NCBI RefSeq assembly: GCF_018350175.1
Contig: NC_058368.1
Location: forward strand, 191,706,001 to 191,770,000
Direction: 5' to 3'
Source: Felis catus
Taxonomy: Eukaryota
Length of the DNA stretch: 64,000 nt
Numbering within the stretch: position 1 is the stretch's first letter; the number at the start of each line of letters is the position of its first letter. Shown one piece after another: positions 1 to 11,385 of the stretch. The notes under the pieces are model-generated. The model worked only from the letters and a program-made list of their open reading frames with translations, was not told the DNA's origin and did no database searches. The translations under genes were made by a program, and so were the position numbers.

Positions 1-175
1 TGACTGTCCATAGCCATGCTGTGCCCATTCCTACTGATGCAGAGGAAATTCCTATTTTACTAATTATAATTGTATGTAAGAGCAATGAATATCTACATGG
101 TTAAGTGATGATGCAATGATGAATATTACTTTTATTTTTCCAACAAACCCACACTGGTTGGGGTAAGAGTGGATA

Positions 176-386
176 GGGGTGCCTGGGTGGCTCAGTGAGT
201 TAAGCATATGCCTCTTGGTTTCAGCTCAGGTTATGATCTCATGGTTCGTGAGTTCAAGCTGCGCATTGGACTCTGTGCTGACAGCGTGGAGCCTGCTTGG
301 GATTCTGTCTCCCTCTCTCTTTGCTCCTCCCCACTTGCACTGTCTCTGTCTCTCAAAATAAATAAATAAAACTAAAAAAAAAAAAA
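176..386 (+). mobile_element. Can-SINE (older subfamily)
   Basis: GGGGTGCCTGGGTGGCTCAG head, B-box-like GTTCAAGC, CT tract, AAATAAA and poly-A; degenerate TSD AAGAGTGGATA/AAGATTGGCTA. Confidence 0.93.
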
Positions 387-1239
387 GATTGGCTAGAAAC
401 CTAGACAATTACAGGACAAAACCTCTGAGTTCTTAGGTTCTATGAATGCAATGTTATGCAAAGTCTACAACTGCTGTGACTTTCAGAACAGAAAAGAATC
501 ACCAGCAGCCTATTCGGAGGCAGAGTGCAGGAACCTGCAGGCAACCTCCTTGTCCTGTCTACAAATGTCCTACACTCGTATCAGAGATCCAATAGCTTCT
601 TCAGCAGGAATGGGCTTGCTAGATGGGACAAGACCCGTGTTTGCTAAAGGACACAGTTGTTCCCTATGAAAACATGTGTCCTATGTGATATCGGGGGAGT
701 CACACCTAAGAGGAAAAAGACAAGAAATGTTTTTCTGTGTTTTCTTTGAATCGCCTCCTTGCTGACATTGCCTCAGCTCGCACAGAAATGGAGCGGGCAC
801 TGCTGCGGGAGGTCCTACCCGATCTGCTTCTCCAGGCTCCTGCTTTTCATCAGCACCTTGTGCAATGTCACTATGACCCTGACAAGCGGGGAGGAAGAGT
901 GGCGAACGTTTGATAATCCGGCTTGCTTTAAAACCATTTCTAGGTGGAAATCTGAGCTGTTGGGGGTTGTCAGATACCCAGCTCTGTCTGAAGAACCCCC
1001 CTTACCATTTGACACAACTCCAGTATCATTTTCTCAGACATCATATTTCCTTCCTTTGAAGATTCACACCTCACTCCTTTGCACAGTCCTATCAAATGAG
1101 GTTTTACTCTATGTTCCAACATTTTGCATTCTTGCCTTATTTCTCTCTACTATAATATAAACACCCAGAGGGCAGCATCTATCTTTTATTAATCTAAAGA
1201 TCCAAATCTGGTTTCAGGCATCCAATGGGAGTTTAATAG

Positions 1240-1480
1240 AGAGAACACAGACTTTACTCTTAGACCCACACAAATTAGAACTCAAGCTTCCGGATGTACT
1301 AGCAGCTCTAGGACCTGGGAGAAGGCGCTTGTCTGCCTGGAGCCTCAGTTTCCTTAGCTGAAAGATGGCGATAATGGCAGCATGTGTTATAGGGCTTTGG
1401 GCAGAATTAAATAAAATGATGTACAAAGTATCTAGCAGAGTCTCTGGCATAAGACAAGTGCTCAGTAAGTGGGAGTTATT
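1240..1480 (+). mobile_element. MIR relic
   Basis: MIR core-like GAGCCTCAGTTTCCTTAGCTGAAAGATGG and 3' GTGCTCAGTAAGTG. Confidence 0.65.
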
Positions 1481-3637
1481 AAACTTATTGTGAAATGAAG
1501 CCCGATCTATTCCCTGTCTCTCTTTGTAACTGGAAGCTCCTTCCAGTTAAAGGTAAGATTTTTTCCCATTTCCATAGTACCTAACATTGAGCTTGGCCCA
1601 CAGTAAATGCTCAGTGTCTCTCAAAAGTGTGCATTCCAGATGTCTGACTTGCAAACTTATGTCCTATTGTTGCTTGTACAACTGGAGGATCTTTGATTCC
1701 ACTGCTAACAGAAATGAGAAAGCTAATTGTCTGGGTAGCAGAGGTTGGTGGGGGGGTGGTCTGCAGGCCTCTGGTTTAAGAACTAGAGACTGCTTCCCAT
1801 CATTCATTAGCATGAGGTTACTGCTTCCGTTTTCTATTTTCCGCATCTCCCTCACCCCTTTTTGTTCTTAAAAAACAGAGTAGAAGTGAAATAGGAAGAA
1901 AAAAAAACAAGTATTATATTGAAATGCTAATCTCATTTTATTAAATGAATTGTGGAGGCTGAGATAGTTATCTGTATCCTCAAAGAATAATTTCTTTAAA
2001 TACCTTGAGCTCAATATTCCCTTCTGGACAACTTTTTATCTTTCTTCTTAAAAAAAAAAAGCATTAAATTATGTTAAAGAGCCCCAATTAAGCCTGGCTT
2101 TCAGAGCATCCAAGCTTAGGGGGATATACTCGGTGGTGAGGGTGAAGTACAAATGTACCCTGAAATCTCCCTTAAAAACAGTTCTGCCCTGCCTTCTCTG
2201 GCTGGCTCACATCGCCTGAAGCAACTCCCTGAAGCTGAGCAGTGCTTATTTCAGGAAACAGCAAATAAACACACCGTTTCAGGTCAAGTCCATTACAAAG
2301 TTGGTCAGGGTACCTGCAAGCTTCTCTCAGAGGCTTTGGCCCCAAAGCTTCCATATTTATTGGGAGCAAACCTCTATCTAAAAGAGCATCCATTTTCATT
2401 CTCCAGGGAGGACAGCCACTGATCCAAGTGACATCCCTTCTAATGAGGTTGGGGTTGAGTTCCTGAAGGTGTTCAAGGCCAGGTCTGTGCCTATGGGTTT
2501 GTACTTGAACTTGGGGAAGTCAGATTCAAAGTTATTTTTAATTACAGTTTTTTTTTTAAAGACACTTTAACCTAGAATGAAAGGGTTGGGAGCATGGAAG
2601 AAAAGAGGCTCTCCCAGAAGAGAGGGAAACGAGGGAGGGAATTAAAACAAAGCAGGTGATCTCACAAGAGCCGGAGGAGGCCAGGACAGATAGGAGGGAA
2701 GCTGCCGTGTTCCCAAAGGCACAGAATTTTATCCTAGAATATCAAGGTCTCTAGAAAATGTTGGGAGGGCAGAAGAGGAAAAAGGAGAGGTGGGAGGAAC
2801 TATTAAGACAACACAAATAATTAACTGTATTCAGAAAGGTTCTAGTCCTTTGGCACCAGAGGAGAGAGTAAGAAGCCAAGCCATTCTCTCTGGATGTGTG
2901 TATATCAGAGAGGGCTCTGAGTTGCCAGAAACTAAGTCTGGTTCATTGAAGCAGAAAATTATTCATTAGAAGGAAGTTGGGTGGCTCCTGATCACCAGGA
3001 AGGCTGGACAATGGACTCAGCAGCTAACTGGTCAGAAACAGCACCTAAATTCACACAGCAGATCTGTTAATACCACACTTGCTGTCACGATCAGGCCAGT
3101 CACTGGCGAGGGAGTCCAGTGTTAGCAAGTGCTCTCCCTGAGAACACAACCTTGTTACAACCAGCCCCATTGCCAGCCGAGGGGCCTCCGGCCACTAGCT
3201 CCCATTCAAATTCCGGGTGAGCACATGTTTGAGCGTAGCTCATGTGCCTGTGCCCTAGCTGTGCCCTAGCTGACTTTCTGGCATCTTCAGCCTCTCCAGT
3301 CTGGGCTGAGCCCTGTGTTTAGCAAATTCCTCAAACAGAGGGAGAAAGTTCTGAGAGGAAAGCAAAAGTATGACAGAAATTTACTACATGATGGAAACTT
3401 CTTGGGGTTTCGAAAAAATTAAGAACAATAGGAGGCCACGGTACTGAGAAATAGCCACCAGGCGCTATAACCACCACTGGACATGTCGGTGATAAGCACA
3501 GGTTCTGAAGGCAGAGAAACTTAGGTGCACTCCTGGTTTTAGGACCTCTTGCCTCTCTGATCCACTTCAAGCCTCTGTTTCCTCATCTGCAAAAGGGGGC
3601 TAGCAACGATTTGGAACATTGATGCCATGGCATCTGC

Positions 3638-5010
3638 TGTGACATCTGTTGTCTTTGCCTGCCTAGAGCTTCTTCCCAATCCTGTTGTGCCAATAGGGTC
3701 CCTCTTTCACTATGGAGAACTTGTGCAGTGGAATCCACTGTAAATCAACGTGCCCTCATTCATGTAAGTGGATACTACAATATGCTTTTACTCACAATAC
3801 TTCTGGCACCAAATGTGTGGGTTTTCCATATCAAACAATTCTCCAGTTTGGGCAGTAACTAGACAGAGTTAGCACAGACCCTACAGGTTAAAGGCGCAGG
3901 CCCACCAAACTGTTCCTACTTCAGACACCAATCGCAAGCAGTGAGTTCTCAGGTTACCCACACTTTCGTCTGACTTGACTCCAGACTGGGGGGATCCCAT
4001 GACCCCTGCCTCAGGTTTGATAATTTGCTGTAAGAGCTCAGGAAACTCAGAGAATACTTTACCTACCATTATCATTTATTATAAAGGAAATTATAAAGAT
4101 ATAAATGAACAGCCAGATGAGAACATAAGAGGTACATAGAGTGAGGCCTAGAAGGATCCTGAACATGAGAGCTTCTGTGCCCATGAAGTTTGAACCACAC
4201 CACCTGACTGGGATGTGGATGCACTCACCATTCAGAAGTTCTCTGAACCCCTTTGTCTAGGGTTTTAACGCAAGTTCCATCACATAGGCATAATTGATTA
4301 TATCACCGGCTACTCAATCCCTAGCGTTTCTCCTAACCCTGGAGGTCTGAGTTGGGGCTGAAAGATCCAACCTTCTAATCGCATGATTCATTCCCTCTGG
4401 CAACTAGCCCCATCCTGAAGCTATCTGAGGGCTTCTAGCCACCAGTTATCTCATTAACATAAGCCCAGGTATGGTTGAAAGAGATTTATTATGAATAAGA
4501 AGACCTTCCTCTCACACCTATGACTCAGGAAATTCCAAGGGGCTCTGTGTCAGGAACCAGGGATGAAGATCAAATATATATATATTTTTAATATACTGTA
4601 ATAGCACAGCGGCAGACTCAGGTCTGACCAATCATTGTACACCATGTCTCTGCTCTCAGCAATTGGCTCAGGGATGAGCATGGGACTCAAATTGGGCCAA
4701 TCAGAATTCTCCGTGGAACCTTTCTCCTGAAGATGCCTCTAGAGGCAATTTCTTTCCCCTGGGCCTGCAACGTCAGTACGCGGTGAGTATGAATCTGCAG
4801 AAGTCCATCTTTTCTACCTCAGAAAGAAAGTCGGCCTGAGGTATAGAAAAAAGACAGAGTCCTAATGACATTGTCTGGGCCCTCCGTCCAGCTGGACACA
4901 AACTCAGCTCCAGGAGAGTCTTAGTTATGAGAGTCAATACATTTCCTTTTATGCTTACGCTAGCTTGTATTGAATGTCTGCCACTCAAAACCAAAAGACT
5001 CCTGAAGAAT
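3638..5010 (+). mobile_element. MLT1K-like MaLR LTR, split by a MER21 insertion
   Basis: TGTGACATCTGTTGTCTTTGCCTGCC start; GGGCCAATCAGAAT; 3' end AATACATTTCCTTTT...AAAAGACTCCTGAAGAAT. Confidence 0.6.
3770..4608 (-). mobile_element. MER21-family LTR
   Basis: Typical motifs ACTTCAGACACCAATCGCAAG, TCAGGTTTGATAATTTGCT, GAACAGCCAGATGA; ends CAAATATATA...ATAGCACA (reverse of the TGT start). Confidence 0.75.
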
Positions 5011-5834
5011 CCGGTTGTTGAAAAGATTACATGAGATAATGCTAGAAGTAATAAGCTCAGTAGGGTGTCTGGTGAATATTTTGTTTCTGACCTTACTTGA
5101 CATCGGTGCAGGCATTAAACTTGACTCCATTGAAAACTGGTGTCATTGTCAATTGCATTATTAAGACTGGCTATATCTGCATTACTTATCTCTCTATAGG
5201 ATAAATGCATTTAAATTTTGGTAATAACGTCCCCTCACTCCTGAGTGTATTTTATTTTGCCCTCATTCTACCTGAACCCTACACCTTTCACAGCTCAAAT
5301 GTTGCTATGTACAGAAAGTCCTCCGGAACTCTTCGAGACTTCCTCAGTTTCCCCTCTCTCTATGCAAACCACAGCACAGAACGTTTCAAGTGACTTCTTA
5401 TTTGCTTTCCTAGATTCCCTCATCCTGTTAGCTGTGTCATATTTGTCCCATGTTCCAAACTGCATTGTCATCTCACTGAGAAACAAATCTTGTGCTTTTA
5501 AATTTAAATCCCACTGCACGAAGCAGGGGGTAGCGCTGCTCTTCTCCGAAAACAGAGGGCAACTGATCAGGTGACATTACAAAAAGTTGGGTTTTGCGAG
5601 CATGGATGCTCTGAAAATACTTGGTGGCAGACCGGTTTCACAGACTGAACCAACAGATGCTGCGTACAAACCCACAGAGGGCGGGAAACCTGCCCAAGTA
5701 ACACTCCCGGGAACCAGCAGACTGAAGCTCAAACCCAGATCTTCTTTCATTGGAATATCGCTTCACCAGGACAGTAGATGACTTTAGTGATTTTGAGGGT
5801 GCAGCAACTACAGAGTTATTGGTATTTAATATTA

Positions 5835-6030
5835 CCTAAACACGTATCATGGGCTGGTGCCATGCTTTCCCTGCGTTGTCGCTAATCCCGTGAGATACAT
5901 AGTATTGCTCTCCCCTTTTTTGCAGTTGAGAAAACTGGGTCTCGGAGAGGGTAAGGGATTTGACCCAAGTTTCACAGCTATTAAATATTAGCCCAGGACT
6001 GTCTGACTTAACAGACGCTTCTCTTAACTA
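5835..6030 (-). mobile_element. MIR relic
   Basis: TTTTGCAGTTGAGAAAACTGGGTCTCGGAGAGGGTAAG...CCCAAGTTTCACAGCTA. Confidence 0.65.
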
Positions 6031-6242
6031 CTGGATCATTGTGTGCTTTCAGTAACCAAACAGTACGTGTCCTCATTGCCTCTGAAAAGTCAACGGAAGC
6101 CTAAGACCTCAGTAGCTTTGACACATACCTTAATGCCCCGAGGAAGCCAGAGCCTCCTTGCTGTGCTTCTGCCATTTTCATACGTCAGACGATGCGAGCG
6201 CCTCTTTACAGCCATGTCTCACATTTTGCTCATCAAAAAAAA

Positions 6243-6449
6243 TTTTTTTAATGTTTTTATTTATTATTTTTGCATGAGCATGAGCAGGGGAGGGGCAGAG
6301 AGAGAGAGGGAGACACAGAATCCGAAGCAGGCTCCAGGCTCTGAACCGTCAGCACAGAACCTGACGTGGGGCTCGAACCCATGGACTGTGAGATCATGAC
6401 ACCTGAGCTGAAGTCGGGCGCTTAACCGACTGAGCCATCCAGGCGCCCC
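6243..6449 (-). mobile_element. Can-SINE
   Basis: Reverse-strand body ending GACTGAGCCATCCAGGCGCCCC; poly-T tail on the left. Confidence 0.93.
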
Positions 6450-6896
6450 AGCTCATTTTTTAATGGAATGTTAATGTTATATGCATTCTGCACACCCAGA
6501 TTTAGACAAGGCACTCAGTTGAGCACACTCAGTTTTTATCTAGATGTGCCGTATCCTGGGTGAAAAATGTGCTGCCTGCAATGTAATTATGTATTCAGAA
6601 TAATGTGTATGTCTGCTGGGGGGCTTATAAATCAAGAGCTCATTGTGCAATATATTGTCCATTTTTTTGGTCATAGACATAGTCGAGGAAACTCAAGCTT
6701 GTCAACTGGTTGCACATTAATAATGAATTTGAGGTTTGGACAAGAAAGGAGAATAAATCTGAGTTGACATTTGTTGACCAAGAAGACCTCCACAACTTTC
6801 TCGTCTGTCTGCTCTACCCAAGACGTGAGCAAAGTCTAAAATTAGTCTGTATCATCACAGTAAGGTAAGGCCTAGTTCTTTGGTTTTCCAGAATAG

Positions 6897-7470
6897 CCAT
6901 TCATTCTCCATTCAACAAACATTTATTGAATATCTGCACTAGGTCCCAGGACTAGAAGGTGAACTGCACAAGGCACCTGCTATCTTAGGAGCTGGAATAT
7001 AAGTGGAAAGTGACAGACAAGTACACAAATGCACAAACTGAAAGATTATTTCACGTGGTGACACGTGCTTTAAAGAAAATAAAACAGGGTAGTGAGATAG
7101 AGAGACACTGGGGTGATGAGGCAGGAAATGTCAATACACAAGTATTTAGGAAAGGCTGCACTGAGGAGAAAAATATATGAACTGAGACCCAGAAGCTGAG
7201 AAGTCAGCTACACACAGATGAGAGGGAGAACATTCCAGGGATAGGGGACAGCATATGGAAAGAGGACAGTGTGTGCAGAGGAAAAAGGGCCATGTGACTG
7301 GAGAGTACAAAGCAGAGGGAGAGAGGAGTATGAATGAGAATTGACAGGTGAGCCAAGGTTTGGTCATGTAGGACCTGGCAGGTCACTATAAGAAGCTTGG
7401 ATTTTGTTTTAACTCTAGAATGCAGCCATTGGAGGGATTTTAGCCAGAGAGTGATGTGGTCTGATTTATA
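6897..7470 (-). mobile_element. L2 (LINE-2) 3' fragment
   Basis: CATTCAACAAACATTTATTGA L2 3' end (reverse); GCCATTGGAGGGATTTTAGCCAGAGAGTGATGTGGTCTGATTT. Confidence 0.75.
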
Positions 7471-8218
7471 AGCTTTCTGCCACTCCAGCTAAATTGCATG
7501 TACTTACTGCAAATTTAAAGTTCTGGAAGAAAAATTAGCTCTAAGCGAGAGCTGCCTGGGTACAAACTGTATTACGCTCTATAGATTTTTTTTTCCTGGG
7601 AGAGTGGGAAAATTCTTTCCCAATAGCCACATCATTACAAGGCAAGTGCTTTTGGGAAGAGATTTGCAGTATCCAAATTGCCAACAGACTCCTGGAAAAT
7701 TTACCTTAGATGTTATGGTTAGAAGGGGGGTTTTCTGAATGACTTACTGAGCTTCACTGAAAAGCATGAGGCAGGAAAGGCCTTTCTTTGTAAATGGCGA
7801 TACAGAATTTGTCCTCAACCACCCCAGGAGCGCATCTATTAAGGGCTATGAATTGTGCTTCCTAGTAATTGTGTTACTGGTCACAATGAATAAGCCATCC
7901 ACATCCACCCATCCAACTGAGAAACCAGTTCTGTATCTTCCTCCTTGTGTAATATTAGGCAAGTTTTTTAACACTGATGAGCCTTCGTCTTCCAATCTGG
8001 TCTATTAATCTGAATTAATGATGGTACCTTCCTTCTTGGGTTATAATACGAAATAAATGAGTCATGCATTAAACCCAGGACAAAGAAAAAATACTTGCCA
8101 TTAGGGGGTCCACATTGGAAAGGTGGAGAAGTATCAACCATGGCACAAAATATTCAGCAGGAGAAGGCAAACTGAACCCTAAGGGCGACTCTGCCTTTTA
8201 AGAGAACGACACTCAGCC

Positions 8219-8900
8219 CAAGGGTGGATTATCTATGGCCGATGGGCTGAATCCAACCCACTACCTAACAGCATGGCCTGTGAGCTAAGAATGGTTTTTA
8301 TCCTTTTCCATGGTTGAATAAAATAAAGAATTCGATGGCATGTGAAAACGATATGAAAATGCAATTGAAATGTCAGTGTAGATACATAGTTTTATTGGAA
8401 CACAGCCATGTTCACGTGTTTACAGCATCCCCCGGCTGTTTGCATACAAAACCAGAATGGAGTAGTTGCAGGAGAGACGCGAGGCCTGCAAAGCTGAAAA
8501 TAGTTATGAAAGGGCTGGCCTACGCCAGCCGACTCCATCTTGTTCTGTGTCCTTCACCTTGACCACACCTCCTCCCCTTGAGTAAACCCTCCCTCACCTG
8601 CCTAACAGGACTCGGACCCTTCCCCAGGACCCTTCCCCAGCCAATCGGCTGAGGCCATAGCCATTACCTCACCAACTGCCCCCAGGCCCCAATAAAACCT
8701 TTGTCCTTTTGAAACTCTCTCTCTTTCCCTGGTATCTCACCGCTGCGGCGGTGCAGGTAGGGGATTGAGCTCCAGCTAGCTCGAATAAAGGCTCTTTGCT
8801 TTTGCATCGGACTCGGCTCCCTAGTGGTCTTTGGGGATCACGAATTCTGGGCATAACAGTTACTGCCTGGCCCTTTTCAGAAGAGGTTTGTTGACTCCTG
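8219..8900 (+). mobile_element. MER58B hAT-Charlie MITE, interrupted by a solo LTR
   Basis: GAGCTAAGAATGGTTTTTA, GTTTTATTGGAACACAGCCA; after the LTR it continues CTGGCCCTTTTCAGAAGAGGTTTGTTGACTCCTG. Confidence 0.8.
8507..8858 (+). mobile_element. ERV1/gammaretrovirus-class solo LTR (352 bp)
   Basis: TG...CA ends, perfect 4-bp TSD GTTA (8503-8506/8859-8862), CCAAT 8641, TATA-like AATAAAA 8691, poly-A signal AATAAA 8784. Confidence 0.9.
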
Positions 8901-10458
8901 CTGTAACCAGCTGAACTGGCTACACTAGAAGGAACTAAACCCACATTCTGTTAATATTCTCATTTACATTCAGGTGTCTTTTGACAAGACTTCAAACTCC
9001 CAGCTGGTGGTTAATTCCCACCCTCCCTCCCCCTAGGATATCCGGCCTGTAGTTAGTGTGCACTTACCCTGGGTGGACTGTAATAGGTGTGTTAGGACTC
9101 CGTGGCCATCCCACCTGTCACCCTGAGGTAAACTGAACAAACAGAATGCGGTGCATTTTCCTACTCAGTTTTTAGTGGAGAAATTCTTTATGAAAAAGCC
9201 AACCAGAATCGTCAACAAATATCACAAATAACTGATATAAGACATGATTTTAAGAAACACAACCAGAAGCACTTGGAGATAACTTCTCACAAGGCATTAG
9301 GGTTTTCCAAACCTCAAAATATAATAATTATATTATATTAATTAGGGTAATTAATATAATTTTGACGATATCTTCACACTTGAGAAGATTTCCATCTCCA
9401 GACACAGAAAGCTTATATGTAAAGATGTTAAAAACCCTACAGGATTTCTGGACCATTCTCTATCAAAAAGCCTTGGCAGGCATTCCCCTTTTAGCCTTTG
9501 ATCTCCCTGTCAAAAGATGTCTGTCAGGGAGCAAATTATCAGGCAAATGCCCTTCCAAGTTCCTTGCTCTTGATCTGTCTCGCCTTCTCAGAGAGTCAGG
9601 ATAGATCTGTGCTTTAAAGAGAGAAAAGTTATGTGAAAATGTTGTGCTTCTGGTACGTTTGAAACCTGATGAGTCTTTTCATAATCAGAAGAACTCATTG
9701 TCTCTATCAGCCTTTCCTGTCCATATTTTTCTTGTGAATAAGCCTTCATTGTCTCCTAATCCTTTAGCATACAAAAAAGTACCTCTCCCACCATTTGCCA
9801 AAAGTTATACTGCCTACTTCATTTGTATGGTTTCTTTTAACCCTTATTCAACATTGGGTTGTATTTTGTTTTCATTTGACAAGTATATAAACTGACACTT
9901 GGAGAAAATAAGTCATTTGCCTTGGGTCATGTAACTTGTAAGTGACATACCTGGGATTTGAACCCAGAGATTCTAACCCCCAAAACTGCCCTTAGAGACT
10001 ACAATCCACTATAGTTTTCTTTGCTTCGCCTAAGTTTTACTTTGATCATTCAAGATCGCCTTCCCAGAATTAGCCAAAGGTAAATAATTTAAATCGTACG
10101 TAATAAAGAGACTTGGTGTTCCTACAAAGAATTAAAAAATAAAATTTTTTTCCAGGAGGCTTACTGTGTTTGGAAAATGGATCACAAACTCTGTGAACCA
10201 ATAACATATGTTTTATCTAGGATGAGACTGATAGATTTGGGACACTGCTATGGTGTTCTTACTCCTTAAGGATTTAGCAACCAATGAAAACATTCCGCAT
10301 CCGTGTTACTGGAACACAATACGATGAGAAGATGTGAATTATGTGACATGTTCATTCCTTACAGTTTATTCAAATCTACTACAGGAATCTGTACTTCAGA
10401 GTCCAACCATTTACCCAACCTGTTTATAATCTGATAAGGAATATAGAAGTAATACCAT

Positions 10459-10589
10459 GGGGCACCTGGGTGGCTCAGTGGGTTAAGCGTCTGGATCTTG
10501 ATTTCAGTTCAGGTCATGATCTCACGGTTCGTGAGTTTGAGCCCTGCATCGGGCTCTGCGCTGACAGCCTGGAGCCTGCTTGGGATTCT

Positions 10590-10640
<51 letters not shown>

Positions 10641-10698
10641 CCTCCCCCACTCGCACTATCTCAAAATAAATAAATAAACTTAAAAAAAGTTTTTAAAA
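10459..10698 (+). mobile_element. Can-SINE with expanded (CT)n
   Basis: GGGGCACCTGGGTGGCTCAG head, long (TC)n, AAATAAA tail. Confidence 0.93.
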
Positions 10699-10767
10699 GA
10701 ATAGTATTATTGAAAGTTCATTCTACTGTGCTTATGGTATTTTAATGGTATTTTTATTTTTAAGTAC

Positions 10768-11385
10768 TTTTATTGAGGGATAATTTGCATATAGCAGAAT
10801 GAAACTATTTTAAGCGTACCTTTTGGTGCATTTTGACACGTGTATTTACCTTTGTAAACATCATCTCAATCAATATAGGAAGCTTTTTTATTATTCCACA
10901 AAGTTTCCTTACGGTCTTCTGCATTTGATCCCATTGTGAACCTCACCCCAGGTCACCCCTAGTATCAGTTTTGACTGTTGTAGAATTTCATATCAACGGA
11001 CTCACGCAGTATGTACTCTTTATTTTTTAGATTTTATCACTTGGCACAGTGTCTTTGAGATTATTTTATGTGGTTGTGGGCACTGGTAATTTATTCCCTT
11101 TATTACTAAGTGGTGTTCTACGTTATGGGTATGCCACAATTTATTTATCCACTCATCTGCAGTGTCCACATTGGGTGCTTGCAGTTTGGGGCTACTGCAA
11201 GGTTGTACATCCGTATACAAATCTCCGGATGGGCAAATATTTTGACTTTTCCTATGAATAACCTGGAGTGCAATATCTGAACTATCTGGTGTGCCAATTT
11301 TGTAAGAAGCTGCCCCAAAGTTCTTCAAGGTGGCTGGACCATCTATGTTCCCACCAGAAACGTGTGAAAGTCCTAATGTCTTGAT
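10768..11385 (-). mobile_element. Ancient L1M 3' fragment
   Basis: TTTTATTGAGGGATAATTTGCATATAG start; TAGAATTTCATATCAACGGACTCACGCAGTATGTACTCTTT. Confidence 0.75.

Noticed and set aside
176..260. tRNA-like A/B boxes in SINE heads
   Set aside because: Derived from the tRNA ancestor of Can-SINEs; no complete cloverleaf, so not tRNA genes
442..720. Minus-strand acceptor TCTTTTTCCTCTTAG| at 706 with a short frame (VTPPISHRTHVFIGNNCVL*), and the 75-aa + ORF
   Set aside because: No recognisable protein or partner exon; compatible with chance
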